Shown here: piece after piece, positions 45,720 through 58,850 of the stretch
Layout: every line of letters begins with the position of its first letter
Position numbering within the stretch: position 1 is the stretch's first letter
Source of the DNA: Octopus vulgaris
Lineage: Eukaryota
Length of the DNA stretch: 64,000 bases
Assembly: GCA_951406725.2 (NCBI GenBank)
Contig: OX597824.1
Span: forward strand, 48,422,001-48,486,000
Direction of reading: 5' to 3'
Program-made: the position numbers and the translations under genes
The notes under the pieces: model-generated
What the model saw: the letters and a program-made list of their open reading frames with translations, nothing else
What the model was told of the DNA's origin: nothing
The model's database searches: none

Positions 45720-46400
45720 CGAAGTACATTCCTGAAGTTTTGAGACTTTTTTTAGGAGAGGCACTTATAACTGTCCTAGATTGTTATAATGTTAATATAT
45801 TATTACTCAACATCTAATAATCATAGCTGCCAACTTTTGTTATTCCAGATTGAAGAGATATCTGTTACAGCAGTTTGAACACACCCTACTATGCACTACT
45901 TGTCACACTTGACTAGTTTGCAGAATGCAGTTGGGACGTGAACATAATTTGGCAGTTAGCTATACAATAAAATTTTGTATAAAACTTGGCAAAAAAAAAT
46001 ACAACACAAACTTATGAACTGCTCCAGGCTGGGTTCTCTCTCACCAGACAGTCAGCAAAGTGTACTTTGTAGAGGTTTTCAGGAAGTTTTGAAGGAAGAG
46101 ATCTCGTCACAAAAGCCCAGAGCACTAGCACCAAGACAATACACAAGTCTACAACTTGATTCTGATGGTAATCAAAACTGTCCCTTACCTTCCATACAAG
46201 TTCAGACCTTGCTTCCAGTAAATTTTAGTTGTTCCGCAATCTGAAGGAGAAAATGAATGATACTGTGACACAATACCTTCACTTTAGTGGACTCCCACGG
46301 GGTCTTCACGAAATGGCTGAGCGCTACAAGTGCATTGAATTGAAGTCAGACGAACGTACATTGAAGGGGATTATAGTTTTGTACTTCTTTGAAATCTTGG
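45720..46400 (+). mobile_element. Highly decayed mariner-like element
   Basis: Starts cgaagtacattcctgaagttttgagac; the 3' part (tacaagtgcattgaattgaag...gaaggggatta) resembles a mariner transposase C-terminus. No intact ORF. Confidence 0.4.
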
Positions 46401-46597
46401 AATGCACTTCATATGTGTGTGTGTATGTGTGTGTGTGTGTGTGTGTGTATGTGTGTGTGTGTATGTGTGTGTGTGTGTGTAACCCACTATTTTCTGTCGA
46501 GGGCTAATATGCCCCAATATTAGACTATTTTCTTTAGTTAATACACGGTGATGGCTTACAAGCTTTAAGCTTATAGAATATTATTATTATTTACAAG

Positions 46598-46628
<31 letters not shown>

Positions 46629-46794
46629 TCATTGTTTCATTAAATATGCGACTGTGTTGAACTTCCCTCTCTATCTCTCGGTCAATCACTCACACATTCA
46701 CTGAAAATAAATTAGAGAAAAAATAAATTTAAAGGATATACGCTGTCACTCTGTCTCTGTCTGTCTGTCTGTCTGTCTCTCTTTCTCTTTCTCT

Positions 46795-46865
<71 letters not shown>

Positions 46866-47149
46866 ACACACACAGCACACACTTTCTGTCTCGCATCACA
46901 CCATCAACACATACACACGTCCATGTCCATTTCCTCTCACTTTCATTTTATGCTGACTTCAAACAAAATGTACATTTCCATCTACAAAAATAAAGTTTTT
47001 TACGGAATTTACCGAACGCCTAAAGTAACAGCTGAGCTGCGCGCACACGCCTTCGAGTTAAAACGAAAGATTGCCAAAATGGCTTGGCTATTGCCAAAAT
47101 TTCGATGTCATATTTTTTTTTTTCAATTTTATGATATAATTGCATTAAT

Positions 47150-48079
47150 ACAGATGACGTAATTAAACAAATTGCAAATTAGTGGTGTCGTTGATAAATT
47201 TTACTTTACCTCAGTGATGCCAGTGACATATATTATTAGGCGGTGAACTGGCGGAAACGTTAGCACGCCGGGCGAAATGCGTAGCCGTATTTCGTCTGCC
47301 GTTACGTTCTGAGTTCAAATTCCGCCGAGGTCGACTTTGCCTTTCATCCTTTCGGGGTCGATACCAGTTACGCACTGGGGTCGATGGAATCGACTTAATC
47401 CGTTTGTCTGTCCTTGTTTGTCCCCTCTGTGTTTAGCCCCTTGTGGGTAGTAAAGAAATATATATTACAAGTCCCCTTATAAAACGATATTCATAAAAAA
47501 ATCATAGAACTATATTATCACCCTCAAATTTGAAAACAAACACGTTTTCTTTTAAAACTTCAGTGCATAAGATTGATACCATGAAATTCCTCGAATTGAG
47601 CTCTATCATTTAAGCTTAATTAAAATATAGTTTGGTTTTATAATAAAAAAGTTAATTATACTTAAGTCGAATTTTTTGCCTTATATTTTTTTTCATATTT
47701 TACAGCACAACTGTTTTTATACAATATTTTGTTACATAGGACCAAAACTACGAGGTCCTTCATGCTTTCTTCTATCATTGAAGCTAAGATAAATATATTT
47801 TGCTTTTAAAATAAAAAAGTTATTTAGATCTAAACTTGATTGGTGGCGTTACTTACTCTCCTATAACGCTGCTACAAATTTTGATGTCAACTTTTTTCTG
47901 CTGGACCAAACCTCAATTTTTTAATGCCAAAATGTAGCTAAAGACCAGTCCTCTTCAAAAATGTTAACAGTCTTCAATTTGGTTAAGAACTGAATTAGCG
48001 ACAAGCTCTGAAATATGCTGCATGTGAGTAAATTGCGGCCTGAAGAATATTATTCAACTACTTCTGTAGTTGAATGATT
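47150..48079 (+). mobile_element. Helentron/Helitron-like non-autonomous element, copy 1 (contains a SINE A insertion)
   Basis: Homologous to 51910-52615. 3' end gcggcctgaagaat followed by the hairpin attcaactac-ttct-gtagttgaat. Confidence 0.55.
47239..47460 (+). mobile_element. Full-length SINE family A with Tx1-like 3' tail
   Basis: A box (actggcggaaacgttag), B box (gagttcaaatt), central gcctttcatcctttcggggtcgat, tail tgtcccctctgtgtttagccccttgtgggtagtaaagaaat. atatatta lies on both flanks, and the SINE is absent from the paralogous site near 51990. Confidence 0.92.
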
Positions 48080-48794
48080 GAAGAAAAAAAAAAAAAACGT
48101 ATTTGGCCAAATTTGGACATGCAACAGCTTAACATAATAGCAAGGCTATAGTAGCAGATACTTGCCAAGCTGCCACGCAGTATGACTGAACCCGGAACCA
48201 TGTTACGAAGATAGCATGTATATTACCCCGTCGACAGGGAGGTGGAGTGAATAATTGTGTTTCTCGAAAATGGATCCACACATCTTACAAAACACTCGTC
48301 ACGACAAAACAACATGCCACTAGGAAACAAAATTCGGTTGATTCTTCGCGGTATTTTTATCTGTGATAGCGACGAGTTAAACAATTAGTGTAGAGTAATT
48401 GAGGACATATATGCTGAACTCGATTCAGAACTATCAATGTAAATATTTCTTAAAATAAACCAGGAATTCATCTTGAAGAAGTTATTTATTAGAGTACACC
48501 ATGAATTAGGTTTAGAATGATATAACGTAATATAATAGGGAGACTAACTGAATAAGAAACAATTCAAAGTATCACACTCTCTTTCTTTTTCTCTCTCTCT
48601 CTCTGTAAATATTTACATATACTTCGCGTATATATATTTACATGTGTATATATATATGTATGTATATGTATGTATATAAATATATCTATCGATATATGTC
48701 TCTCTGTATATATATATATATATATATATATAGTTTCACATACGAACATACATACATTTATACATACATAGATACATAGATACATACATACACA

Positions 48795-48853
<59 letters not shown>

Positions 48854-49149
48854 GCATGCATACCTGCACACATACAAACAACATACACACATACATTTAT
48901 ATGTCAAAATACTCTCAGAAATCACGAAGGAGAGTCCCAGAGTGCTCAGTAATGTAGATTATAACTAAATATATACATACGTAGATGTATGTATGTATGT
49001 ATGTATGTATGTATGTATGTATGTATGTATGTATGTATGTATGTATGTATGTATGCATATATGTATGTATGCATGCATGCATATATATATATATATATAT
49101 ATATATAGATGTTTTAATGAAGTCAAACTAAATAGTGATAGGTTGAAAT

Positions 49150-49228
49150 AATTTAATACGTACGTTTCAGGTTTGCGTAATACGTAATAGGAAATGCGTC
49201 TATTACGTAAAACTTCCTCAGTTAAACC
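49150..49228 (-). ncRNA. Type-I hammerhead ribozyme with palindromic helix III
   Basis: Minus strand ggtttaa CTGAGGA AGTTTTACGTAATAG acgcatttc CTATTACGTATTACGCAAACCT GAAA CGTACG TA ttaaatt. The core is intact, stem I is 7 bp (2 G-U), stem II is long and imperfect, and the cleavage triplet is GUA. Confidence 0.75.
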
Positions 49229-49409
49229 AATTCAAAAATACGAAGAAGTGGATATAAAAATTTCAATAGATATGTGGTTAGAACAGTAAGTCGGCTGCTT
49301 AGTAATGCAGATACTGTAACAACAATTTGGAGTAGTTTGCTGTATTTGACTCGAGTCGAAAATTCTGGTACCGTGCAAAGCTTTTTAGCGTAACACGATA
49401 TATATCTAA

Positions 49410-49440
<31 letters not shown>

Positions 49441-49514
49441 TGTATGTATGTATGTATGTATGTATGTATGTATGTATGTATGTATGTATGCATATATGTA
49501 TGTATGTATGTATG

Positions 49515-49985
49515 TTTTTGAGAAATCTCGAGTTGCACATGAGAAAGTAAGGAGGGATGTCAGGAAGGGCATTGCTGTTACACATCCAGATGGGAAGGGT
49601 CTTCCTTTGATGCTGACATGCAATGTCTATGCAAGACCCTACCTCAGTAAAGCTGGACTCAGGAGTCATCTTCGTAGTCATAAAGCGAGACAGATGAGTG
49701 ACAACCTGGCCACTGGTGGTGGTGTAACACGCTATACTAATCATATATCTGTCAAGCATGTGGAAGAGAGTGTAATTCGGCAGGAGGACTTAAACGACAT
49801 GCAAAGGTACATGAAGCCCAGTTACAACTACAGCCGGCTATTACCGGTAAAGGTATTAGTTGCCAGTTCTGTACAAGACATTGTAGATCTTTAGCTGGGC
49901 TAAAAAGTCACATTCGATCACAGCACCAGTAACAGTTAAGCTTCGTGCAATGGCCATACTCGATAACGAGGGGGCAGCCATAATA
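49515..49985 (+). mobile_element. RTE-clade LINE 3' ends, two C-terminal C2H2-like fingers
   Basis: CNVYARPYLSKAGLRSHLRSH and CQFCTRHCRSLAGLKSHIRSQH*. Short 3' UTR with a ctcg-ataa-cgag stem. (TATG)n flanks. Confidence 0.65.
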
Positions 49986-50059
49986 ATGTATGTATGTATG
50001 CATGCATGTATGTATTATGAATGTATGTATGTATGTATGTAAGTATGTATGTATGTATG

Positions 50060-51128
50060 ACTCTTCTATTTTTTTAATTATTATAAATTTTCCACTGAGG
50101 AGCGAGCCGGTTTCTAACAAAGATACAAGGTTCCATCTTTGGGATGTACTTAACACAGACGAATTCACATTTGGAACTTGAGAAAAGTCTTGCATATTTT
50201 CACTGTTCCACTCACAGAATGGATTTGCCATGTACGAATCAGCCGGTCAATTTCTCTTTCTGAAAATCCCACTTTATCCAGATTCTCCTTTAAGCATTTA
50301 TTAACAAAACCTAGTGCTTCAATTATTATTGGTATGAACGTGAATTCATAGTCTGGATATAGAAGCTGGAGGTTTCGAAGCAGTTGTCCATAGATATCTT
50401 CTTTTTCTTTGAGTTTCAAAGAGATATTTATATCTGTAAGGCAGCTAACCTCTATGATGGTACATACCAATTATATGCGTACAATTGACAGAAGTTTGAT
50501 GGGAATATTTCACCATTATTTCTTGAGTTTGTGTTTATGAATGTATTTCATAACAGAGGAATTTTCTAAGTTTATTTCAGGACAGTCTTTTTTGTAGATG
50601 GCATTGAAAATTGTTTTAGCAACAGCATCGTGCCGCATAAGTATTTCGTACCGTGACGACATTTTAGGACATCTGCTAATCACATGCGTAATGTCTTCCA
50701 CAGAAACATGACATACCCTACACATGCGGTTGCACCTTGGGATTACAAGAACGTCACTGTCTCTCTTGTTCACTGGATACTTTGTGGAAATCTCCTATTC
50801 CTGGATTGCAAACGCATAGCTTTCAACGTGTGATGTAGCGGACTTGCGCTTCGTGTCAATTCCACTGTCTTCTTCAAGCTTCCGGGCAACATACCCCTGC
50901 ATGATTTTTTTTTTTGTATACTGAGTGCTTTCCATCTAGGCGTTCTCTGAGGTAAGACAGCCCAGCTATTTTGGGGTGGTATAGGTGATCATCAGGAAGA
51001 GAGTGTTTTTTGAGGAGTTCACTGCCAACTCGTACAATTTTGCTCACTTCACTTTTCAGGATTGCATTAATATATTTATTTTTGCTGGAGTTGTTTAGTA
51101 GCTGCTGTTTGGTAGCTGCTGCCTGAGT
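50060..51128 (-). mobile_element. RLE-type (R4/Dong-like) LINE fragment with (CATA)n tail
   Basis: CRVCHVSVEDITHVISRC (CCHC), RHDAVA, IIEVSC...KEKEDIYGQLLRNLQLLYPDY. Same family as 4413-4870. Confidence 0.85.
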
Positions 51129-51130
51129 GA

Positions 51131-52618
51131 TATCATTCGGCATTCGAAGGTCGTCTACACTGATTTTTTAAAACTAAAAATTTTATTACAAGTTATTACT
51201 TCTATTTGTTACTACCTGTTACATCTATTAAAATTTTAAAATAACTCAATTAAAATACTTTTGTATTTTAAAAAAATTCATTTTTTAATTATTAATTAAT
51301 TATTAGAAATTTGCAAATAGGTTATAAAAAATAATAGTGGTACATAATTCGTTAGTACAATAAACAGAATAATACAAAAATTAGTTATATATTACAGTAA
51401 AATCTACCTATAACAAATCCATAGTAAAATTTGCTTGAGTTATTGCCTAAGTTATTGCCAAGTCTTCACATTTTTAGTCTTGACCCAATGCCTAGTTTTT
51501 ACATAATGAATTTACTTACCATATATACTATTCTACTTTTCATAAAACTTTAGCTATATTGGTACTTTTGGCTCTCAATTTTTAAGTATTCTACTGTGTC
51601 AATATTTTAACAAAATGATGGTGCCTTTTTTTATTATAATGTTTCTTTGTAAATTAAAATGAAAAAATTTTTAATATTCAAATTTTATCCTTAGCTGAAA
51701 TATTTTAAGTAAAACTTTTCTTGTTCTGTACTTTACCAGATCTAATAGGTTGTCCTGAACTTTTCCAAGTGTCATAACTTGTCCTGTACTTTTCTAGGCT
51801 TATAATCTTAAGAATATCATTTCTCTTGCTCGCACTTTTCCCATGTAATCCATGCTAATTAATAATGTCTCAATAATTTTACCTTATTAAAAATTATCTA
51901 TCATTTAAGCTGACGTAACTAAACTAATTGCAAATTAGCGGTGTCGTTGATATTTTTTCCTTACATCAACGATGCTGGTAATATATATTAAATGTCCCTT
52001 TATAGAACTATATTCATAAAAAAGTATAGAACTACATTATCACCCTCACATTTGAGAAACAAACACTCATAACTCCTTTCTTTTAAAACTTCATTGCATG
52101 AGATTGATACCATGAAATTCCTCGAATTGAGCTCTATCATTTAAGCTTAAGTAAAATATAGTTTGTTTTTACAATAAAAAAAGTTAATTATACTTAAATC
52201 GAAGTTTTTGCCTTATATTTTTTTCATGATATTTTGCCGCACAACTTTTTTAAATACAAATTGTTGTTGCATAAGATCAAAACTACGAAATTCTTCATGC
52301 TTTCTTCTATCATTGAAACTAAGATAAATATATTATGCTTTTAAAATAAAAAAAAAAATTAGATCTAAACCTGATTGGAGGCGTTACTTACTCTCCTATA
52401 ATGTTGCTACAAATTTTGTCGTAAACTTTTTTTCTAATGGACCAGATCTCAATTTTTTTTTTATGCCAAAATGTAGCTAGGGGCCAGTCCTCTTCAAAAT
52501 GTTAACAGTCTTCAATTTGGTTAAGAACTGAATTAGCGACAAGCTCTGAAATATGTTGCGTGTGAGTAAATTGCGGCCTTAAGAATATTATTCAACTACT
52601 ACCGTAGTTGAATGATAT
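51131..52618 (+). mobile_element. Helentron/Helitron-like non-autonomous element, copy 2
   Basis: AT-rich. 5' attcgaaggtcg resembles the reverse complement of the 3' gcggccttaagaat (subterminal IR). 3' hairpin attcaactac-tacc-gtagttgaat. The last ~700 bp are homologous to 47150-48079. Confidence 0.5.
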
Positions 52619-53211
52619 TCTGAAAGGGGCTGCAATCGTCCCGAACACAGAGCACCTACATTGCTAGAAATAGGAGCTAAAATGCTCCAATGCTAATGTA
52701 GGTTTAATAACACCCTTAGTCAAGTTTAGTTGACGACTATAATTTTCCTATATATATGTGTGTGCGCGTGTGTATATTTTATCTTTTACTTGTTTCAGTC
52801 GCTAAACTGCGGCCATGATGGAGTATTGCCTTGAAGAGTGTGGTCAAAGAAATCTCCCCGAAACTAATTTTTTAAGGTACATGTTTCTTCGGTTCCTTTT
52901 GCTGAACCGTTGCGTTAAGGTACGTAAATTATTCTAAGATTGTGACAGGCTTGCAAATGGTTTTGTCACCGTATAATCTAACGTTGGAACAGAGTGAGGT
53001 GTGAGAGAAAGAGAGAGAGAAAGAGAGATGGAGAGAGATAGATAGAGAGAGAGAAGGAGGAAGAATCGTAGTGACAATTTACGGCACGTTTCGACTTAAA
53101 TACAATTCCTCAGCTAAGTATAGCTTAAGTCAGATGCATTCTTTACCGCACTCTATATTACAGTAATTGTTCTTATTTCAAATGCCAATGTTGTTTCCTG
53201 TGCATTTTTTT

Positions 53212-53447
53212 ACAGTAATTAGCCACTTAGCTAATGATATGTGCGATAATTAAGGTTGATGTTCTAATTAAAATTTCTGGCTATATAAGTACGGGCATGG
53301 TTATGTGGCTAAGAAGCTCACTTAGTTACCACATGATTTGGGGCTCAGTCCGACTGCATGACACCTTGATCAAGTGTCTTACAGTAATTAGCCATTTAGC
53401 TAATGATTGGTGCGATAATTAAGGGTGATGTTCTAATTAAAATTTCT
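53212..53447 (+). repeat. Local direct duplication (period ~169 bp) including a SINE B head
   Basis: acagtaattagcca(c/t)ttagctaatgat...ttctaattaaaatttct occurs at 53212 and 53381, each followed by gcatggtt(a/g)tgtgg. Confidence 0.8.
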
Positions 53448-53603
53448 TGCATGGTTGTGTGGTTAAGAAGCTCACTTTGTAAACACATGATTTGGGGTTC
53501 AGTCCGACCGCATGGCACCTTGAGCAAGTGTCTTCTATTATAGCCCTAGGTTGATTAACGAATATGCTAGGCGTAAACTTTACAGAAGCCAGTGGTATAC
53601 ACG

Positions 53604-53675
<72 letters not shown>

Positions 53676-53905
53676 CACACACAAGTATATATATTATATG
53701 CATCTGTGTGTGAGTGTGTGACTGTGCGGTTACTTGTGCGTGTGTCTTTGTGTCTGTGTTTGCCCCTACCCCACTACTTTACGACGGTGTTGGCTAGTTT
53801 ACATTCTTCAAAATAGAAGACTAAAAAGAATAAATAGTGGGTTCGATTTATTCAACTGAACACGTCAAGGTGATACCTCGGCATGGCCGCAGTCCAATGC
53901 CAAAA
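53447..53905 (+). mobile_element. SINE family B, degenerate
   Basis: gcatggttgtgtggttaagaagc...ggggttcagtcc...ttgagcaagtgtcttcta...gcatggccgcagtc. Confidence 0.65.
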
Positions 53906-54229
53906 GTTACCACACATGCTAGTCCACTTTACTATTAAGCTTTCTCGTAATAGCTGTTCCTGTCTTTTTTTTTTGTTGTTGTTGTTATTTAGTGGTTATT
54001 ATATATTTATGTAAGGCGGCGAGCTGAAACGATCATTAAAAGCATCAGGAAAAATTATGAAAACGTCAGAAACGCCAGGAAAGATGAGCTGAAATCCCCG
54101 ACGTTATTAAAACTTTACCTTCCAGCCCTCTGGATCGATAAAATTAAATACCAGTCAACTACTAGGGATGATGGTATCGACCAAAGCTTCCCCTCAAAAT
54201 TGTTGATTTCGTACCTACATTTGAAGCAA

Positions 54230-54292
<63 letters not shown>

Positions 54293-54307
54293 TCCCCCTC
54301 TCTTTCA

Positions 54308-54383
<76 letters not shown>

Positions 54384-55391
54384 ATTAAAGTTTGTTTTAA
54401 TGTTCAGTTACAATAAAAACAATTTTACACTAATCTGATGAGTTACTCTATACTTTTGTACTGTGTCAACCTGCTAAGCTACCGTCGGAATGTCCGACAA
54501 TGATTTAGCTGGTCGAAATATATATATATTATATATATATATATATATAAGTGCGTGTGTGAGTACGTATTTATATATGTAACCGCGCGCACGCGCGCAT
54601 GTGTGTGAGCGTGCGTGTGTGCGCACGTTGAATGCAATTTCGTGAAGTAGAAAATCAGCCTATAGATAGATAGCTTAGGTTGATGGATGCATGGGTGTGC
54701 GGGTGTTCTGCTTGAAGCAAGGTTAGATACGGTAAGCCAAGGTAAATCATTGGAAGGTAGGTAGGTAGCTCTGCAGACATGCATGGCACTAGATGTCGAT
54801 GCCTGCCGAAACAACACCGAATCGTAAAATATCCAGTTTCGCCTGTGTGTCGAACGAACGTTGGAATGTACTTATAAGGGTTGTGTCTATACCATATTAC
54901 CTTGTCGACTGTGCGAAGGAAAGTCTTAACGTTCACGGTAATGGTGGGAGAAGAAGCAGAAGAAGGAGGGGTAGAGAAAAAAAAAGAAAAAAAAAGGAAA
55001 GCCGAGTGTTATGCTTTTACTGTCCTTGATAGAGACCGCATATGTTGTGCAAGAGAGAACAGAACAATTTGAGAGGAGAAAGAGAACGAAAATAAAACAA
55101 AAAGAAAACTGAACGCAACCCTGGGTGCTATATTTAGTTTCGTAGGCTGTCGGTTTATGTGTTTGGGTTAAGGTATTCGAGTATTGGGGTTGTTTTTTGT
55201 ATTTGTGTACGTGTATGTATGTGGAGAATGTTTACGAGTGGGAGGTGGATGCAGGTGTATGTCGGTGTACCTAAATGTGTGTGTGTGTGCGTATGTGTAT
55301 GTGTGCGTGTGCGTTTGCTTGAGTGTATGTATGTGAGGGTGTCTGTCTATGTGTGCCTCTGTACCTCTGCGTGTAAATTTGGATGTGTTGG

Positions 55392-55479
<88 letters not shown>

Positions 55480-55491
55480 GCTGTATGTATG

Positions 55492-55537
<46 letters not shown>

Positions 55538-55769
55538 CAGCATGACTGCGGCCATGCTGGAGCACCGCCTTTAATCGAAGAAATTGATCCCAGAACTTAT
55601 TCTATAGGTCTCTTTTGCTGCACCGCTAGCTGACGGGGACGTAAACACACCAACATCGGTTGTCAAGCGATATTGGAGGGAGAAACACAGACATACAAAT
55701 ACATAATGTATGTATATACATGTGTGCGTGTGTGTATGTGCATGAGTGTGTGCATATATATATATATTT

Positions 55770-56529
55770 CAGTGGCGACTCCGGCACTCGGGTTATAAAT
55801 TTAGTGAAGTGAATCGAACGTAGATTCACAAGCTGATTTAATTTCTGCCAACACTGACTTCAAGTATGTAATTACAACCAATAACTCATGCTCCTTTTAT
55901 TGAGCCTGGTTGCAGTTTATTTATTTTCGTTCAGTGTCTGGCGGTCTTAGTAGTGCTCTGTGTCAAAAAAATCACTTGTAACGGACCTTCTGTTGACATC
56001 GTCCACACGCACCTGACTCGGGCTCAGAAGTTACAGCCCAAGTTGTATATAATTGTAAAAATTAAAAGTAATTCAAATTCAATTTTTCTTGAAACAACAA
56101 ATTTCTGTAGAGATTGGGATTTAAATTCCAATCTATGAAAAGTTCCCGATCTACAATATTCTTCAAGGGAGGAAAAATTATCCAGCAACGAAGGCTAATA
56201 TGAACGAGCCTGATAGGTGTAAAAGACTAACTGGCATCTCTTATCAAGAGTACAGGTGACAGTTAGATCGGTGATGTTTGTTGTGCATTCTGCTGTCGTT
56301 ATTTGATTGCTTTTATTCTGTGCGTCTGTGTGTAAAGATCAGTTGTTCTTTGCAGGCTTGCTTTATTTAAACCCTTTACTTAGAAATGGGGAAAATCCTA
56401 GTGCTAGATATAAAAAATAAGCAATTTGGGGCTAGAAATATTACGGCAAAACGTGAAATTCTTCGACCAAGCATGTATCTTATACGTAATCTGTGATGAG
56501 TCCGAGTGACGCTGATGACTTGGGGTTGC

Positions 56530-56534
<5 letters not shown>
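55770..56534 (-). mobile_element. hAT-like non-autonomous DNA transposon, copy 2 (inverted relative to 721-1531)
   Basis: Ends cagtggcgactccggcactcggg and tggggttgcctctg. The interior is colinear with the reverse complement of 721-1531; (TA)n flanks. Confidence 0.75.
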
Positions 56535-56590
<56 letters not shown>

Positions 56591-56699
56591 GACGGGCTTC
56601 TTTCAGTTTCCGTTTGCCAAATCCACTCGCAAGGCAGAAGTGGGTTTTCAACAGCTGTTAATCAGAATTTCAAGCTGCTACTTTTCAAAACAATGCTCA

Positions 56700-57077
56700 T
56701 TACTCTTTTACTCTTTTACTTGTTTCAGTCATTTGACTGCGGCCGCCTTTAGTCGAGGAAATCGACCCCAGGACTTATTCTTTGTAAGCCTAGTATTTAT
56801 TCTATCAGTCTCTTTTACGGGGACGTAAACACACCAGCATCAATTGTCAAGCGATGTTGGGGGAAGGGACCAAACACAGACACAAATACACACACACATA
56901 TATATACATATACATATATACGACGGGCTTCTTTCACTTACCGCCTGCCAAATCCACTCACAAGGCTTTGGTCTTCCCGAAGCTATAGTAGAAGACACTT
57001 GCCCAAGGTACTACGCATTGGGACTGAACCCGGAACCATGTGCTTGGTAAGCAAGCTACTTACCACACAACCACTCC
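56700..57077 (-). mobile_element. SINE family B, near full length
   Basis: ttttacttgtttcagtcatttgactgcggcc...gggactgaacccggaaccatgtg...cttaccacacaaccactcc. Confidence 0.8.
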
Positions 57078-57092
57078 TTTTTTTATGAAGAA

Positions 57093-57590
57093 CTAGCAGT
57101 ATCGCCCGGCGTTGCTCGGGTTTGTAAGGGAAATAACTATATAAGCATTTTTAGAGAGTTACTTCCCTTATAGATGCCAATTCGGGCTTTCTTAGTGTCT
57201 TCAAGCCATGAAGTCGTTGTTCTAAAAGAACGCTGGTCTCCTTGACAACGCTTTACGACGTTGATTTCCTTACACTCCCTTCCCCACAGCTTCACGAGGG
57301 AGGGAAGAAGGGGGAGAAGCAAACAGGTGCAGGTGTGACCATGGACGCCAACTCCGCTGCCATCGACACACGAAAAATTATGCATTAAAATGAAATAAAA
57401 AATGATGTTAAATTATTTTTAAAATCGCAGACTCATCGTAGACGCGCGCTAATACTCAGACGGGCTTGATATGAATTACGACTATAAGATACCCGAATTT
57501 GGTTAAGCTGCACCGCAAAATGTGGGAGTAGTTAGGAATCTAAATCGAAGGGGACAGACACTCACACAACTACAGTTTTATATATATAGA
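57093..57590 (-). mobile_element. Non-autonomous Helitron
   Basis: The minus strand starts A|TCTATATATATAAAACTG and ends cccgagcaacgccggg-cgatactg-CTAG|T. This gives a 5' TC, a 3' GC-rich hairpin, a CTAG end, an A/T target and no TSD. Confidence 0.88.
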
Positions 57591-58577
57591 TAAATCCTGT
57601 TCAAAATCCCGGTTTTGTACCTTCTTACTTTTGCATTAGGAAAGGGGTGAATGTGTGTGTGTGTGTGTGTGTCTGTCTGTCTGTCTGTGTGTGTGTGTAT
57701 AAAATCTAAAGGTAAGTTTATGTATTCATATGTGTGTGTATGCATCTATATGTATGCATAAATAATCAAAATAAGAAGACAAAGAATGAGTTTAACACAT
57801 CTTAATTACTAGTGTCAATTGTTTTGGTACCACATCGTCTTTGTGAAAGGTTATGCAATAATAAACGAGTAAACAGTAATAAACGAGTAAAGAGCGAATA
57901 TATAGTGCGTGTGTTTATTTGGCAAAAAATGACCGTCCCGAAATACAATATCTGTTTTAACACACGGTTTCACATCAGGATGTAATGGACTCTCCCATCG
58001 TTAGACGACATATGAGTGTTTGCCAATTTCTGCCGAACGGACGTGTTTACCGTTGTTAAAACTGTATACACGAGTATATGTATGACTCCACCTTGTCTGT
58101 CCTGTGCTGACCTTCTATGTTTAGCCCATAGTGGCGAATAAAGAATTCGGATGATTTGTTTATAGTGATCAAATGTTAGTGTACACATAAGCTCACTCCC
58201 TCCATCAAATCGACATTACCTGTACAGGTGCACTATGTATCACACGTCGAAATGATCGCAGAGCAATGTGAAATGAAGTGCTTTGTTCAAGAACACAACG
58301 TAACGCCCTGTCTGGGAATCGAACCCACGCTCTCGCAATCGTGAGTGTAACACCCTAACCACTAAGCCATGCGTCTTCACTCACACTGATATATATTTAT
58401 AGATATATGTGTGTGTGTATGTGTGTGTGTGTTGTGTGTAGTATTCATTTTATTCTTTTACTGACTTTAGCCATCGGAGTGCAGTGAATCAAATCGAATT
58501 GCCGTCTTAGTTTTGTCTTCCGCAGCTTCGAGGTATCTGCCTTTAGTATTTGGACAGTAATATTGTGCTACAACGTA

Positions 58578-58850
58578 AGGTGGCGAGAATCGCTACCGCG
58601 CCGGATAAAGTATCTCGCAGCATTTCCTCCTACTTTTAACACGGTGAGCTCGCAGAATCGTTAGCATGCCGGGAAAATGCTTAGCAGCATTCCGTCCGCA
58701 TTTACATACTGAGTTCAAAATCCATCTTCGGCGACTTCGTCTTTCATTCTTTTGGGGTCGGTAAAATAAGTATCAGTTGAACACAGGGATTCGATGTAAT
58801 CGACTTTCTCTGCCGAAACTGCTGGCCTTGTGTTAATACTTGAAACCAAT
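58578..58850 (+). mobile_element. SINE family A with a duplicated head
   Basis: ggtggcgagaatcgc... then ggtgagctcgcagaatcgttagcatgccggg...ctttcattcttttggggtcgg. Confidence 0.65.

Noticed and set aside
54435-54520. Hammerhead from ctgatgag to ggtcgaaa, with a gtcgga/tccgac hairpin
   Set aside because: I could not build a stem II linking the two boxes, nor a stem I.
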